Shown here piece after piece: positions 1-12,770 of a stretch of 53,814 nucleotides of DNA. The stretch spans positions 1-53,814 of the forward strand of contig NW_021833876.1 in the NCBI RefSeq assembly GCF_006345805.1, given 5' to 3'. The notes under the pieces were generated by a model. That model was not told the DNA's origin and did no database searches. It worked only from the letters and a program-made list of their open reading frames with translations. Source of the stretch: Octopus sinensis. Taxonomy: Eukaryota. A program made the position numbers and the translations under genes. How positions within the stretch are numbered: the first letter of the stretch is position 1; each line of letters opens with the position of its first letter.

Positions 1-277
1 ATGATGACAATGATGAAGGGAAGACAGAGAGGATGATGATGATGGTCATAAGGAGAACAATAGCAACTATGCAACAATGATGATGGTATTGAATAATGAT
101 GATGATGATGACACCGACGATGATGACGACGACGATAAAGCTGTTGTTGTTGATTATGAAGATTTTAAGGTGTTTGTTGAATATGATGATGATGATGAAG
201 AGAAGATAAGAGATGATGGTAATGGTGATGGTGATGGTGATGGTGATGGTGATAACGAGGATGATAACAACTATGCA

Positions 278-448
278 GGCACAGGAGTGGCTGTGTGGTA
301 AGTAGCTTGCTAACCAACCACATGGTTCCGGGTTCAGTCCCACTGCGTGGCATCTTGGGCAAGTGTCTTCTGCTATAGTCCCGGGCCGACCAATGCCTTG
401 TGAGTGGATTTGGTAGACGGAAACTGAAAGAAGCCTGTCGTATATATG

Positions 449-480
<32 letters not shown>

Positions 481-711
481 GGTTTGTGTGTCTGTGGTTT
501 GTCCCCCTAGCATTGCTTGACAGCCGATGCTGGTGTGTTTTTACGTCCCCCACACTAGCGGTTCAGCAAAAGGAGACCGATAGAATAAGTACTGTTCTTA
601 CAAAGAATAAGTCCCGGGGTCGATTTGCTCGACTAAAGGCGGTGCTCCAGCATGGCCGCAGTCAAATGACTGAAACAAGTAAAAGAGTAAAAGAGTAAAA
701 GAGAGTAAAGA
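278..711 (+). mobile_element. tRNA-derived SINE family A (head GGAGTGGCTGTGTGGTAAG, internal (TA)n(TG)n, (GTAAAAGA)n tail), full length
   Basis: A/B-box-like head, more than 15 near-identical copies in the window, tandem tail. Confidence 0.9.
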
Positions 712-759
712 GTATGCAACAGTGATGATGATAATGAAGATATTGATGATGATGAGGAT

Positions 760-2149
760 GATGATGATGATAATGAGGTTGTTGATGATTATGAAGACAT
801 TAAGTTATTGATGCTGATATTTCACTCTTTAGAATGTAGATGATGAAAAATGGTGAAGATGAGAATGGGGGAAAAAAAAGACAAACAAACAAAGAAAAAA
901 AATGGTTGGCATTGGAGAATTTCTGGCAGATACTAACACTGATAAATTTTTTTTGAAGAATATCTATTTGGTGAAAATAGTTTATTTTTTTCATATTCTC
1001 TTCGGAGTGGTTCCACAAAGGAAAGAAAAATACCAAACAAACATACAAGCAAACGAAGCATCTGCAATCAACTCATCATCAGCGGAAAGATTAGCAGCAG
1101 CATCAATATCTATATCAATCTCTGACATTGTCATCGCTACTTCCAGCAGGGGCAGCAGCAGTAGCAGCGTCATTGTCATCGTTATCGTTGGCTTTATTAA
1201 CATGGTCATCATCATCATCGTCATCATCATCATGAACGCCATCATTGTCATAACCATCATTAATGTCATCATCGCCGTCATCGTCATTATCATCTTCATT
1301 GTCATCACTGTTGCCGGCATCGTCATCATCATCATCATCATGAGCATAATCAGGATCACTGTCATAATCGTCATCATAGTCATTGTCATGAACAATAAAA
1401 ACTCATTGTAGGTATTGTCATAGTTATCATCATCAGCATCGTCGTCGTCGTCATCATCATCATCATCATCATCATCTACATCATCATCATTATCATAATC
1501 ACTGTCATCATCACCATCATCATCATCATCATCATTGTCATCGTCACCGTCATCATCATCATCATCATCATCATCATCTTCTTCATCATCATCATCATCA
1601 TCAACATCATAATCATCATCATCACCACCACCAACAGCAGCAGCAGCAGTAGCAGCAACAGCAACAACCAAACATTAACAACAACAAAATTATCATCATC
1701 ATCATCATCATCATCGTCATCATCACTGTCATCATCACCATCTTCATCATCATCATCGACAACATCAGATGAAAGCAGTAACAACAGTAAAATTATCGGT
1801 TTCATGACAATCATCATCATCATTAACAACAACAATATCAAGAACCACATTGGCAACATCAACAAAGTTATCCTTCTCCTTCTGTTCCTCCTCCTCCTCA
1901 TCATCATCACCATCATCGCCATCATTGTTGTTGTCATCGTCGTCATCGTCAACATCCTCACCATCACCATCATCAGTATCATCGAAAGCATTGACAACAC
2001 CAACAACCTCCTGCTCATCATCATCATCATCATCATCATCATCGTCATCGTCATCGTCGTCATCATCATCATCATCATCATCGTCATCATCATCATCATC
2101 ATCTTCATCATCATCATCATCATCCTCCTCCTCATCATCATCATCACCG

Positions 2150-2212
<63 letters not shown>

Positions 2213-2310
2213 ACTTCATCATCATCATCATCATCGTCATCATCATCTTCGTCATCATCATCCTCCTCATCATCATCATCGTTATCATCATCGTTATTGC
2301 CACCTAGCGA
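760..2310. repeat. Large degenerate (CAT/GAT)n trinucleotide field with short unique spacers
   Basis: Directly visible; source of the poly-D/S/I/M ORFs. Confidence 0.9.
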
Positions 2311-3047
2311 TAGTCTTTGGAACGTGGAAGGAGACTGGCATTTCGTTTCATTTTCCATCATCCTGATTATCACAGAGAAGGCGAAGTAAGAGTTATAACA
2401 GCGAGGATGTACTTTGATTGAGGTAATTAATAAACTAAATGGATATAATATCCAAGAATTGCTCTGATTAATTATTAAATTTAATTGTGAATCATTAACG
2501 GAACTATTTTAAATGCATAGATATAATAATTACATATGATTGTACGAGTTTGATACGTATATGTCTGCATGGTGTATCGTCCTATGTGTCTGTGAATTTT
2601 CATGCATATTTATGTAAATTGGTGTATCTGTGTACCTAGCTGCACACACCACATGTATGTAAATATGTATTCATGCATGTATGTGTATTCATGTATGTGT
2701 ATTCATGCATACATGAGTGTATGTCTAGATATATGTGAGAATATGGTATTTCTATATGTACGTAAGCATTCTCTGAACTTTTACATATAACTAACATGCA
2801 TAAACACATAAGTATACACACACACACATATATACACGTACACATACATATCAACACACATATACACACACAAATATATCAATAGATATAAGCGCGTGTA
2901 TTAACATGTTTGTAGTTTTAATAGTGTAAACAAAAAGATATAATTGACAACATCATGAACTTCATCATTATCTTCATCAATATTCTTATTCCCATCCATA
3001 AGAGAGTGTCATGTTGACTACACCCTGTCACTTTACATAAGAGGGAG

Positions 3048-3300
3048 CATAATAAAGAGCATGGGTTGGACGGTTCAACTGGGGTCTGGGAAGCCAGAAG
3101 GCTGTGCCAGGCCCCAGTCTGATCTGGCAGTGTTTCTACAGCTGGATGCCCTTCCTAACGCCAACAACTCCGTGGAGTGTAGTGGGTGCTTTTTACGTGC
3201 CACCGGCACAGGTGCCAGATGAGGCTGGCAAACAGCCATGATCGGATGGTGCCTTTTACGTGCCACCAGCACAGGGGCCAGACGAGGCTGGCAATGGCCA
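3048..3300 (-). mobile_element. SINE family C (RTE-type 3' tail, ~60-bp internal repeats), truncated
   Basis: Reverse complement of the copies at 3881 and 22848. Confidence 0.8.
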
Positions 3301-3439
3301 CAATATATACATATATATATATATATATATATTCTCTTTTACTCTTTTTTTGGCAGTGGGTAGGACATCAAACTCATTAGCTTTGCTTATGTAATATGTA
3401 TGCATAAATGTGCATGTGTATCTATCTATCTATCTATCT

Positions 3440-3858
3440 GTGGCTGTGTGGTAAGTAGCTTGCTTACCAACCACATGGTTCCGGGTTCAGTCCCACTGCG
3501 TGACATCTTGGGCAAGTGTCTTCTGCTATAGCCTCGGGCCGACCAATGCCTTGTGAGTGGATTTGGTAGACGAAAACTGAAAGAAGCCTGTCGTATATAT
3601 GTATATATATATATATATATATGGATGTGTGTATGTGTTTGTGTGTCTGTGTTTGTCCCCCTAGCATTGCTTGACAACCGATGCTGGTGTGTTTACGTCC
3701 CCGTCACTTAGCGGTTCGGCAAAAGAAACCGATAGAATAAGTACTGGGCTTACAAAGAATAAATCCCGAGGTCGATTTGCTCAACTAAAGGTGGTGCTCC
3801 AGCATGGCTGCAGTCAAATGACTGAAACAAGTAAAAGAGTAAAAAAAAAAGTAAAAGA
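3440..3858 (+). mobile_element. SINE family A
   Basis: Near identity to 278-711. Confidence 0.9.
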
Positions 3859-3880
3859 CAATATATATATATATATATAT

Positions 3881-4175
3881 ATATTGTGGCCGTTGCCAGC
3901 CTCATCTGGCCCCCGTGCCGCTGGCACGTAAAAAGCACCATCCGACCATGGCCGTTTGCCAACCTCGTCTGGCATCTGTGCCGGTGGCACGTAAAAAGCA
4001 CCCACTACACTCCACGGAGTTGTTGGCGTTAGGAAGGGCATCAAGCTGTAGAAACACTGCCAGATCAGACTGGGCCTGGCGCAGCCTTCTGGCTTCCCAG
4101 ACCCCAGTTGAACCGTCTAACCCATGCTAGCATGGAAAACGGACGTTAAACGATGATGATGATGATGATGATGAT
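3881..4175 (+). mobile_element. SINE family C ending CCATGCTAGCATGGAAA.CGGACGTTAAAC(GAT)n
   Basis: Repeated family; palindromic CATGCTAGCATG plus (GAT)n tail resembles RTE-clade 3' ends. Confidence 0.85.
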
Positions 4176-4264
4176 ACACACATATATATAAATACTTGTG
4201 GACATGTACCACATCCTTGCGTTGTTGTTCTTTTGCGTTTGTTCCTTTTGGATTTACTGTATAT

Positions 4265-4455
4265 ATGTATATATAGTAAATCCCAAAAGGACAAACACAA
4301 AAAGCAACAATGCAAGGACATGGTACATGTAATGTATTAGCAGACGCCCAGGAAAGGAAGATGGTTTAATGTTTCAAGCAGACACCCTTCTTCAGAAACA
4401 GAGAAAAGTCCAATAGAAGAGAAGGCGGAGGAAAAAGATCGCCAACGATTCACAT
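4265..4455 (-). mobile_element. Penelope-like-derived non-autonomous fragment in (TA)n context, with decayed hammerhead motif
   Basis: Homologous to 10703-10905; minus strand has CTGAAGA...GAAAC. Confidence 0.55.
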
Positions 4456-6304
4456 GTATTTATATATATATATATATAAAGTATGTTTTCTCTCCTATCC
4501 TCTCTAATTCTCTTTTTCTCCCTCTCACCGTTCTCTATCCATCTCTCTCTCTCTTTCCCTCTTTCTCTTTTTCTCTCTCTCGTTGCTCACATGTGACCAT
4601 CGTCCATATTTCTTTTCCTCACGTGACCATCTTTCTTTCTGGCACGGACTTTCTAAGGACTGGACGTTTCCTATATCTCTCTCTTCTATCTTTTCTCTTT
4701 ACAAAGAAAATATTTCTCCCAACATTCATTATTTTCCCCTCATTCAGGTCTAACGACCCTCCATGTTTGTTTTCATTCAGTTTCCCTGTATGTCTCCATT
4801 GTCCTGTTTTTCTTCCTAACTTTGACCCCCCATAAATCCAAAATTCTCTTTTCGTATTTGTGGGAGCAACTGTCTTCGAAGACTCATATTGTCATTGATT
4901 TCTCAAAATGAGGAGTAGATAGCCAACAACAGATGAAGGGTCATTATTTGTATTACATGTCCCTTTTTTTCTCTCATTATTTGTGTATTTAACTCATTTG
5001 TTTTCATACTCGATGACGGTAGAGGATCCCAAAAACATAATAAATACACAGATAAATAAACAAATAGAAATAAATAACTATATAAGTTTCTTTTTTTTTA
5101 TTTATTATTATTATTACTAGTATTGTTGTTATACATACATACAAGCATATGTAATGATAATAATAAGTGGATGTAAACACATGAACAAAATTAGAACAAA
5201 AGCAACAACAACAACAACAAAAACGAATTACATGAACGTATATAAACAGAAGATACAAATATTACAGGCATCCCCCAACACACACACTAAATAAACATGA
5301 ACGCACATAGAAATATAAGCATGCGCAAATGAAGACATACAATAGAAATACAAAATGGCTGATGGTTAGTAAGGTTAGTAAGGAGAGACACAAATAAGTA
5401 AGAAGAAAACAAAGGACCACTGATGCAGTCACAGGAGTGTGACGAAATAACTCTGGCCGAAATAAGATTAAGATTAATGTAAAAAATAAATAACACTGAA
5501 GCAAAATAACACCAAATATATAGTGCGTGGGTTTTTATTGGCTAAACTGGCAATATGACCATTCCGAAATATAACAATATCTGTTTCAACACACGACTTC
5601 ACATAAAAAATTTTGCTCAACAAATTTATATATATATATATATATACACACAATCGCACACATATACATACATGAATCTCTGTTGATTCACCAGAAGTGA
5701 TAAATTACAAGCCTCAATATAGATGTTGAGTAATCTTTAATACATTACTACGGGAAGGTTTCAATTTCCAGTACTCTAAGTTGTTTGTTTATATCACCAG
5801 CTGGTAAAGTGAACCTCGTTTTCTTTTGAATAACTACTTTGTCTGAATATTTTTTCAAATATGAAATGCAAGTTTCAAGGAAATGCTCATTCTTATGTTC
5901 ATTCGTTTAAAAACTTTTGAGAATGAAAAGCAGAAAAATAGTTTCTCCGAATTTGCTCTTTTGATTTCATTTTTGGTTCTTGTGGTTATATTACTATAAG
6001 CGTCATAAACACCATACAGTTGAAGTCATGAAGGTCTTTAGAAGAAATGGCCCTAAGGATAAGTGTTTCTTCAAACTTTCATTTCATATTTGGAAAATAT
6101 CCAGAAGAAAACCTGAATGATTGGAAATGTGCAACTCTGAGCACTGAAAATCAGAGCATTTCATTTATAATGTGTGTATGTGTATATGTATATATATATA
6201 TATATTCTGTGTGTGTGTGTGTATATATATGTACAAAACCTAAAGCCCTTGAGTCACTCTTTTACTTCTGACAAATATCAATTATGTGTGTGTGTGAGGG
6301 GGAG

Positions 6305-7219
6305 TATTTGGTTGTCAAAAAAATTCATTCCTTTCATTCTTTCGTTCCAATGTTATTTAAATTCACACAAAAAATACTTTTATTATATTTTTGGGCATTT
6401 GTAGCTCTGTTCTTCCTCTACAATTTTTGTTTGTAGTTTTTGAAATTTGATTAAATTTCACACCGTTTTAGACGTATGGCACATATGCTGATGAAGTGTC
6501 AAGCAGAAATAATATAAATAGAAAGGAATATTTTCAACACCTGATCGCCTTTGCTTCATATCAAAGTTCGAAAGTTGCCAAGACCATTCAAGACATTTAT
6601 GCTGTGTGTGGAGAATCACTATCATTGGAAGAACGGCACAAAAATGGTCTCCATGCTTCAAGAAGGAGTAATTTGATCTCACAGACTCTCAGAGTTCAAG
6701 CCAACTCATTCAGAGCAATGAAGATCAATTCTTTGAGATAATCTATGAAGAACTGCACCAGTCCACAAGGGTATTGGGCCCAGAGGAAGGGATGCTCTCA
6801 TGACTCTGTTGATTGTCACCTTCACTTGAAGAGTAAAGTTCAAATGACCTGATCAGCATCACTGCATCTGTCTTTGACAACAATGGTAACGTTAGCATCT
6901 ACTTTGCTAATTTGACCAAAAATGCTATTCAATATGAGGATATTCTCCTTCGGATTATCACCTTTTATTTTTTTTGGTCACTCTCCAACTTTCTGCAAAA
7001 CATTCCATTCAATGACAAGGAACTGAAAAATCTGGCTTGATGATTTGTTAAAACCCAGCGATTTCTAACATCAAGGCATTGACAAGCTACCAGATTATTG
7101 AAAGTAAGTCATAAACAATGAAAGAGAATATATCACTGACTAACTTGCTAAAATTGTTGATGAGAAAATGACCATTGAAACAAATGGTAAAAACAATTGA
7201 ATTTATGTGACAACCCAAT
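6305..7219 (+). mobile_element. Degenerate, internally deleted mariner (Tc1/mariner) transposon
   Basis: Imperfect TIRs TATTTGGTTGTCAAAAAAATTC / GAATTTATGTGACAACCCAAT; decayed transposase KEYFQHLIAFA..IQDIYAVCGE at the start and a PFNDKELK.WLDD..KPSDF...GIDKLP-like C-terminus. Confidence 0.75.
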
Positions 7220-7408
7220 TGACACACACATATGTATCTATCTAACTATCACTTTCTTTCTCTCTCTCTCTCTCTCTCTAACTATATATATATACACACA
7301 TACTATGGCTACCGAATAATTGTCACATATTACATTTACAGATAAATTCCTCTATTTACATAATATCAAGGTCTCTTTCATTCTTTTGTTGTTTTACCAT
7401 TTTTATCA

Positions 7409-7450
<42 letters not shown>

Positions 7451-8179
7451 AAATTTATACATATATACAATATATAAATTTATACATATACTTTTTTCCT
7501 CTTTATGATCCCAACTTCATTAAAGATTCACCCCCTTCCACCTCTTTCTCTCAACATCCAAACCCCTCATTCGAGTGAAAAACAGTATGGAGATTTTGTT
7601 TTGGTGTCTCACTATGCCATATATGACTATGAGGATTTGCCTTCCGAATGAAACTCGTTTTTTTCCAAAACTTTTTCTCAAACCTGCTATAATGTAATAT
7701 ATGTCTTTGGTGTGGTAATTGTACGCGGTTGAAAAAGGCTATTGACCTACATGTTATATCAATTATGCATTGATATACATATGCTCAATAAAGCCAGAAA
7801 CATATGTACTGCAATATCCTTTGCATCCTGTTTTTTTCTTTTGATAAATATATCCTATCACCTACACCACTAGCTGGAATATACAGGTGCTTACAGTTAT
7901 CAAGTATTCACCCTGAATTTTCTATACATATATATATATATATATTTATGCATATATACGTACATATATAAAAATACAATTTATATGTAAAGAAATATAT
8001 ATACTATATGCACACACCTATATTTATATAAATAATCACACACACACACACACACATCATCATCATCATCGTCATTATCTATGAACCCATAAGTCAGAAA
8101 AAAAATGTGTGCTCACACATTTGTCAAATAGTGTGGGTACATTTGTCAAAGTATGAAGTATCCATTTCAGATCCACTTC

Positions 8180-8402
8180 AACTAATATTACTATAATATT
8201 ATTCTGTTGAATATAATGCTTATTTATTCCTATTCTTTTGAATTAACTATTCATTTATCTTGTAGCTTCAAGATTTTGATAACGTGGGAGTTTATGTTTA
8301 TAATGACATTGTAGGGTCAGTGGGAAGGGCCAGATATGGCTACTTTAAACCTAAAGCAGGTAGAATATTTTGGCTGGATATGGTCAGATTAAAGGTTAAA
8401 GG
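8180..8402 (-). mobile_element. piggyBac-type MITE (TTAA-CCC end), old copy
   Basis: Ends AAAGGGTTAA; homologous to 50164-50382. Confidence 0.6.
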
Positions 8403-8600
8403 GTTAACCCTGAGATGGCATTTAGTAATGGCCATAAGGATAAGTGTTTCTTCAAACTTTCATTTCATATTTGGAAAATATTCAGAAGAAAACCCGGTTC
8501 AGTTAACCACTGAATGATTGGAAATGAGCAACTCTGAGTACTGAAAATCAGAGCATTTCATTTATAATGTGTGTATGTGTATATGTATATATCTATGTGG

Positions 8601-8640
<40 letters not shown>

Positions 8641-8677
8641 ATGTGTATATATATATATATTATATATATATATATAC

Positions 8678-8821
8678 ATGGCGTTAGGAAGGGCATCCAG
8701 CTGTAGAAACATTGCCAGATAAGACTGGAGCCTGGTGCAGCCTTCTGGCTTCCCAGATCCCCAGTCGAACCGCCCAACCCATGCTAGCATGGAGAACAGA
8801 CGTTAAACGATGATGATGATG

Positions 8822-8822
<1 letters not shown>
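8678..8822 (+). mobile_element. SINE family C 3' fragment
   Basis: Same tail as 3881-4175. Confidence 0.85.
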
Positions 8823-8852
<30 letters not shown>

Positions 8853-9109
8853 GTATTGGTATCCAGAAAACCCAAGGTGGAAGTAACGCTATGTAAGTTC
8901 TATAGAAGGACTGCAGTTAACCTCTCAGTTCAATAATAATATGAGCGAGGAAGACAAAAAACCCAAGTTCCTTTCTAACTCTTAATACAGTCAGACCAAT
9001 CATCGAAGAACAAGATAGGTATACTTACTAATACGCACTCCTCACATACAAATTACACACACGCACACACACACACACATTTACACTCATACAAAACAAT
9101 ACACAAATA

Positions 9110-9512
9110 CTTGACCTTTATTCTCTAGAAAAACGACGACGCTGTGGTGATCTCATTCTTGCTCACAACATCATAAGCGGAAAGTGTAACCTCTCGAAAG
9201 AGCTGTTCTTCACTCCTGCTCCAGAGCGTTGGCTGCGGGGTCACTCCGAAAAGCTTTATCTGCGACGATTCCATCTCAATCGAAGGAGAGAGACTTTCTC
9301 TGTCCGGGTTGCGGATCCGTGGAATAAGCTGCCGGACTTGATAGTGAAGATGCCGACGACCGCTCGGTTCAAAGTCTCTCTTAACCAGAAATGGCCTGAA
9401 CTCTTTCCATGAACACCCTCCCTGTACATAACTCCATGTCCCCCTACATGGCCTTGCTTTTTGCTTCTTGAGCCAAAAAATTAACTTAAATTAACTTAAC
9501 TTAACTAACTTG
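9110..9512 (+). mobile_element. CR1-clade LINE 3' end (ORF2 C-terminus, 3'UTR, (TTAAC)n tail)
   Basis: 9110-9412 reads LDLYSLEKRRRCGDLILAHNII...LRGHSEKL...FSVRVADPWNKLP...FKVSL, matching the CR1 C-terminal pattern. Confidence 0.85.
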
Positions 9513-9774
9513 CTCAGAGCCGTGCCTGCGACTCAAAATTTGCACACACAAACATACAGGATATGTCTTAGAGCATGCACGTACCTCCCACACGGACACA
9601 CAGACACACTGTAAGATTGGAATGGTAGAAGTAATTGAAGAGTCAGACAAAAATATGCTGTTGTGTTTCATTATGTCTTTTACATTCTGAGTTCAAATCC
9701 TGATGAAGTCAACTTTGTCTTATGCCCTTCCAAAGCTGGTAAACGAGAATAGACTAGCAAACAGTCACATACCT

Positions 9775-10250
9775 ATTTCTTTACTACCCACAAGGGGCTA
9801 AACACAGAGAGGACAAACAAGGACAGACAAACGGATTAAGTCGATTATTTCGACTCTAGTGCGTAACTGGTACTTAATTTAATCAACCCCGAAAGGATGA
9901 AATGCAAAGTCGACCTCGGCAGAATTTGAACTCAGAACGTAACGACAGACGAAATACCTATTTCTTTACTACCCACAAGGGCCTAAACACAGAGAGGACA
10001 AACATGGACAGACAAACGGATTAAGTCGATTATATCGACCCCAGTGCGTAACTGGTACTTAATTTATCGACCCTGAAAGGATGAAAGGCAAAGTCTACCT
10101 CGGCGGAATTTGAACTTAGAACGTAACGACAGATGAAATACCTATTTCTTTACTACCCACAAGGGCCTAAACGCAGAGAACGTAACGGCAGACGAAATAC
10201 GGCTACGCATTTAGCCCGGCGCGCTAACGATTGTGCCAGCTCTCCACTTT
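9775..10250 (-). mobile_element. SINE family B, head-to-tail tandem array (one head, three tails)
   Basis: ~185-bp units joined at GAAATA|GGTATTTC. Confidence 0.9.
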
Positions 10251-10671
10251 GTGCCAGCTCCCCACCTTCAGTCACATACCAAGCTAAATAGATTAATCAT
10301 AAAATACTAAGGCCTAAGACAGTTGCACGCTCACAAGTAACCATACACAGGCGAACACACAGACACACATACAGAGACGCATTTGTACATGCTGTCACGA
10401 ACACACAGACACATAAGTAAGCCCATTTAGACAGACACGGGCGAACACACAAACACACGGACTGACTCAGTATTGTGCCTGTGTCGCGAGTGACTTTTCT
10501 TCTTAACATTGTTTCCAATATGCCTGTCCTCCGCGCCTCTGTCTCAGCAACTAAAGCACTCACGCATTGTTCTTTGCACTCACTCATTCAATATGTATGA
10601 AACAAGCCAATACAAGTTGCCTCCCTTCAATCTAGTAGCCACAAGTTTGGGGCTTACTAAAGTGCCTGGTG

Positions 10672-10702
<31 letters not shown>

Positions 10703-10708
<6 letters not shown>

Positions 10709-10905
10709 TAATCCAAACAAGAAAGCACAAAAAAACACAACAACGCGAGGATGTGGAACAGATATAGTATTATTGGACGCTCAGGAAAGAAGGAAAGAAG
10801 GAGGGTTTAACGTTTCGAGCGGAGCTCTTTGTCGGACACATAGGAAAAGGAAAGATCCAGAGAAGGGAAGACAGAGGAAAAAAAAATCGCCAACGGTACA
10901 CATGT
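10703..10905 (-). mobile_element. Penelope-like-derived fragment with decayed hammerhead motif
   Basis: AACGTTTCGAGCGGAGCTC core; homologous to 4265-4455. Confidence 0.55.
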
Positions 10906-10984
10906 GGTCACAGTATATGTATATATATGCGTGTGTGTGTGTGTATATATAGACAGATAGATAGATAGATAGATAGACATACAC

Positions 10985-11288
10985 GCGGAAGTGCAATGGC
11001 CCAGTGGTTAGGGCAGCGGACTCACCATTGTAGGATCGCGGTATTGATTCCCAGACCGGTTGTTGCGAGTGTTTATTGAGCAAGATTATCTAAAGCTCCA
11101 TGAGGTCCCGGCAGTGGTGGTGGCAATCCCTGCTGTACTCTTTCACCACAACTTTCTCTCACACTTTCTTCTGTTGGCCTGCTTGCTTAGTCAGCGGAGT
11201 GGCGTCATTTGAAGGTTAAAACATTGCGAAGCGCATTGTGATCAGCGATGTGCAGCAACATCTGATAGCCTGGTTGGTCACGGTGATC
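10985..11288 (+). mobile_element. tRNA-derived SINE family D (GCAATGGCCCAGTGGTTAGGGCAGCGG head)
   Basis: tRNA-like head; second copy at 46123. Confidence 0.8.
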
Positions 11289-11361
11289 ATATACATACAC
11301 ACACATACACACATATACACACATATAAATGTATATGTATATAAGCATACTTATATATATA

Positions 11362-11456
<95 letters not shown>

Positions 11457-11521
11457 CATGCAAACACGCACAATACTCACATAAGTAAGTGAGGGTGCAT
11501 GTATGTCTGTGTACAAATTTA

Positions 11522-11740
11522 CCCTTTAGCATTTATACCAGCCATGTCATGCTCAAATATTCTACTTGTTTTATTCTCAAACTGGTCAGATCTGGCTTCT
11601 CACATCCATCCTCCAATGTCCTTCTAAAAACAAACAATCATATCATCAAAATTATGGAGCTATAAGATAATGCATTATCAGTACAAAACGAGGTAAATAT
11701 ATAAGCATTACATTTGTCTGAATAACCTGCATATTAAAGG
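11522..11740 (+). mobile_element. piggyBac-type MITE
   Basis: CCCTTTAGCATTT...AAAGG-TTAA; homologous to 50164-50382. Confidence 0.65.
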
Positions 11741-12330
11741 TTAAACAAAAAGTACCTCTCAGTGTGAGCAACATTGACAAACACAGCAATATCAAATACT
11801 GTATAACAGAAATTATTGATTTATTAAAATTATCTTTACTTCTAGAGAAAGTATAATTAGCAAATGGCAATTAAGAACGGAACATTTTAGAAGGGGAGAT
11901 AACTTCAAAGCTCAAGAAATTCTTAAGGTAATACACAGGTAATTGTCATTAAGGTAATCGACTTGCCATTAAGGTAATAGACAGGCTAACTGTCTGGAGA
12001 TTAGAGGACAATCATGGACACATGTTTCTATCTCAATAGGCATCATCAGCACCTCAGTTGTGCTAACCTATATCATGTGGTCAAGGGACTTGAACATGTT
12101 CAAAACGAATATGTAATTTGCATAAATTAAACAAAAATTAACTTAGAGAAATAGCTGAGAGTGACCAGTGACATGTATACGAACAACCTAGAGATATATC
12201 ATCATCATCATCATCATCATCATCATTTAACGTCTGTTGTCCATGCTGGCAAAATTGAAAATGTATAAGGGTAACAATTTACTCATCCTACCCAGTATAT
12301 GTATGTATGTGTGTATATATATATATATAT

Positions 12331-12622
12331 TATATTAAATTAGAGATAAAACCACTATTAGGCAAATCATACAATGAAAAACTTAAGCCAATACATAAGA
12401 TTAATTAATTTATATTATTTAAATATATATCAAAATTATTAAAAAAGATAATTAATATAACACTACGATCGTTCCATGAAACGATCATAGTGTTATATTA
12501 ATTATCTTTTTTAATAATTTTGTTATATATTTAAATAATATAAATTAAATAATCTTATGTATTGGCTTAAGTTTTTCATTGTATGATTTGCCTAATAGTG
12601 GTTTTATCTCTAATTTAATATA
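12331..12622. repeat. 292-bp spacer-less near-perfect palindrome
   Basis: Arms pair to the centre (CATG at 12475-12478) with about 4 mismatches. Confidence 0.92.
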
Positions 12623-12718
12623 ATATAATATTTTACTATAAAATTGGATTCAATCCTAAATCTAATGTTTCCCTGTAAGTTTGGATTTATTCCCTAATAT
12701 TTTATTATATATATATAT

Positions 12719-12762
<44 letters not shown>

Positions 12763-12770
12763 ATAGATAT

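Noticed and set aside
278-350. tRNA genes at SINE heads
   Set aside because: A/B boxes are present but there is no complete cloverleaf, and each continues into a SINE body.
165-698. Recurrent ORFs such as MPKMPRSGTEPGTMWLVSKLL and MTTDAGVFT
   Set aside because: Translations of SINE A copies, repeated throughout the window.
1-2390. Long poly-D/S/I/M ORFs, including 1765-2373 and 1850-2389
   Set aside because: Open in most frames because of (CAT)n composition; the short unique end at 2310-2385 matches no family I recognise.
5355-5410. Tandem TACTAAC branch points on the minus strand
   Set aside because: Too close to the AG, and the downstream frame is low-complexity with no good donor.
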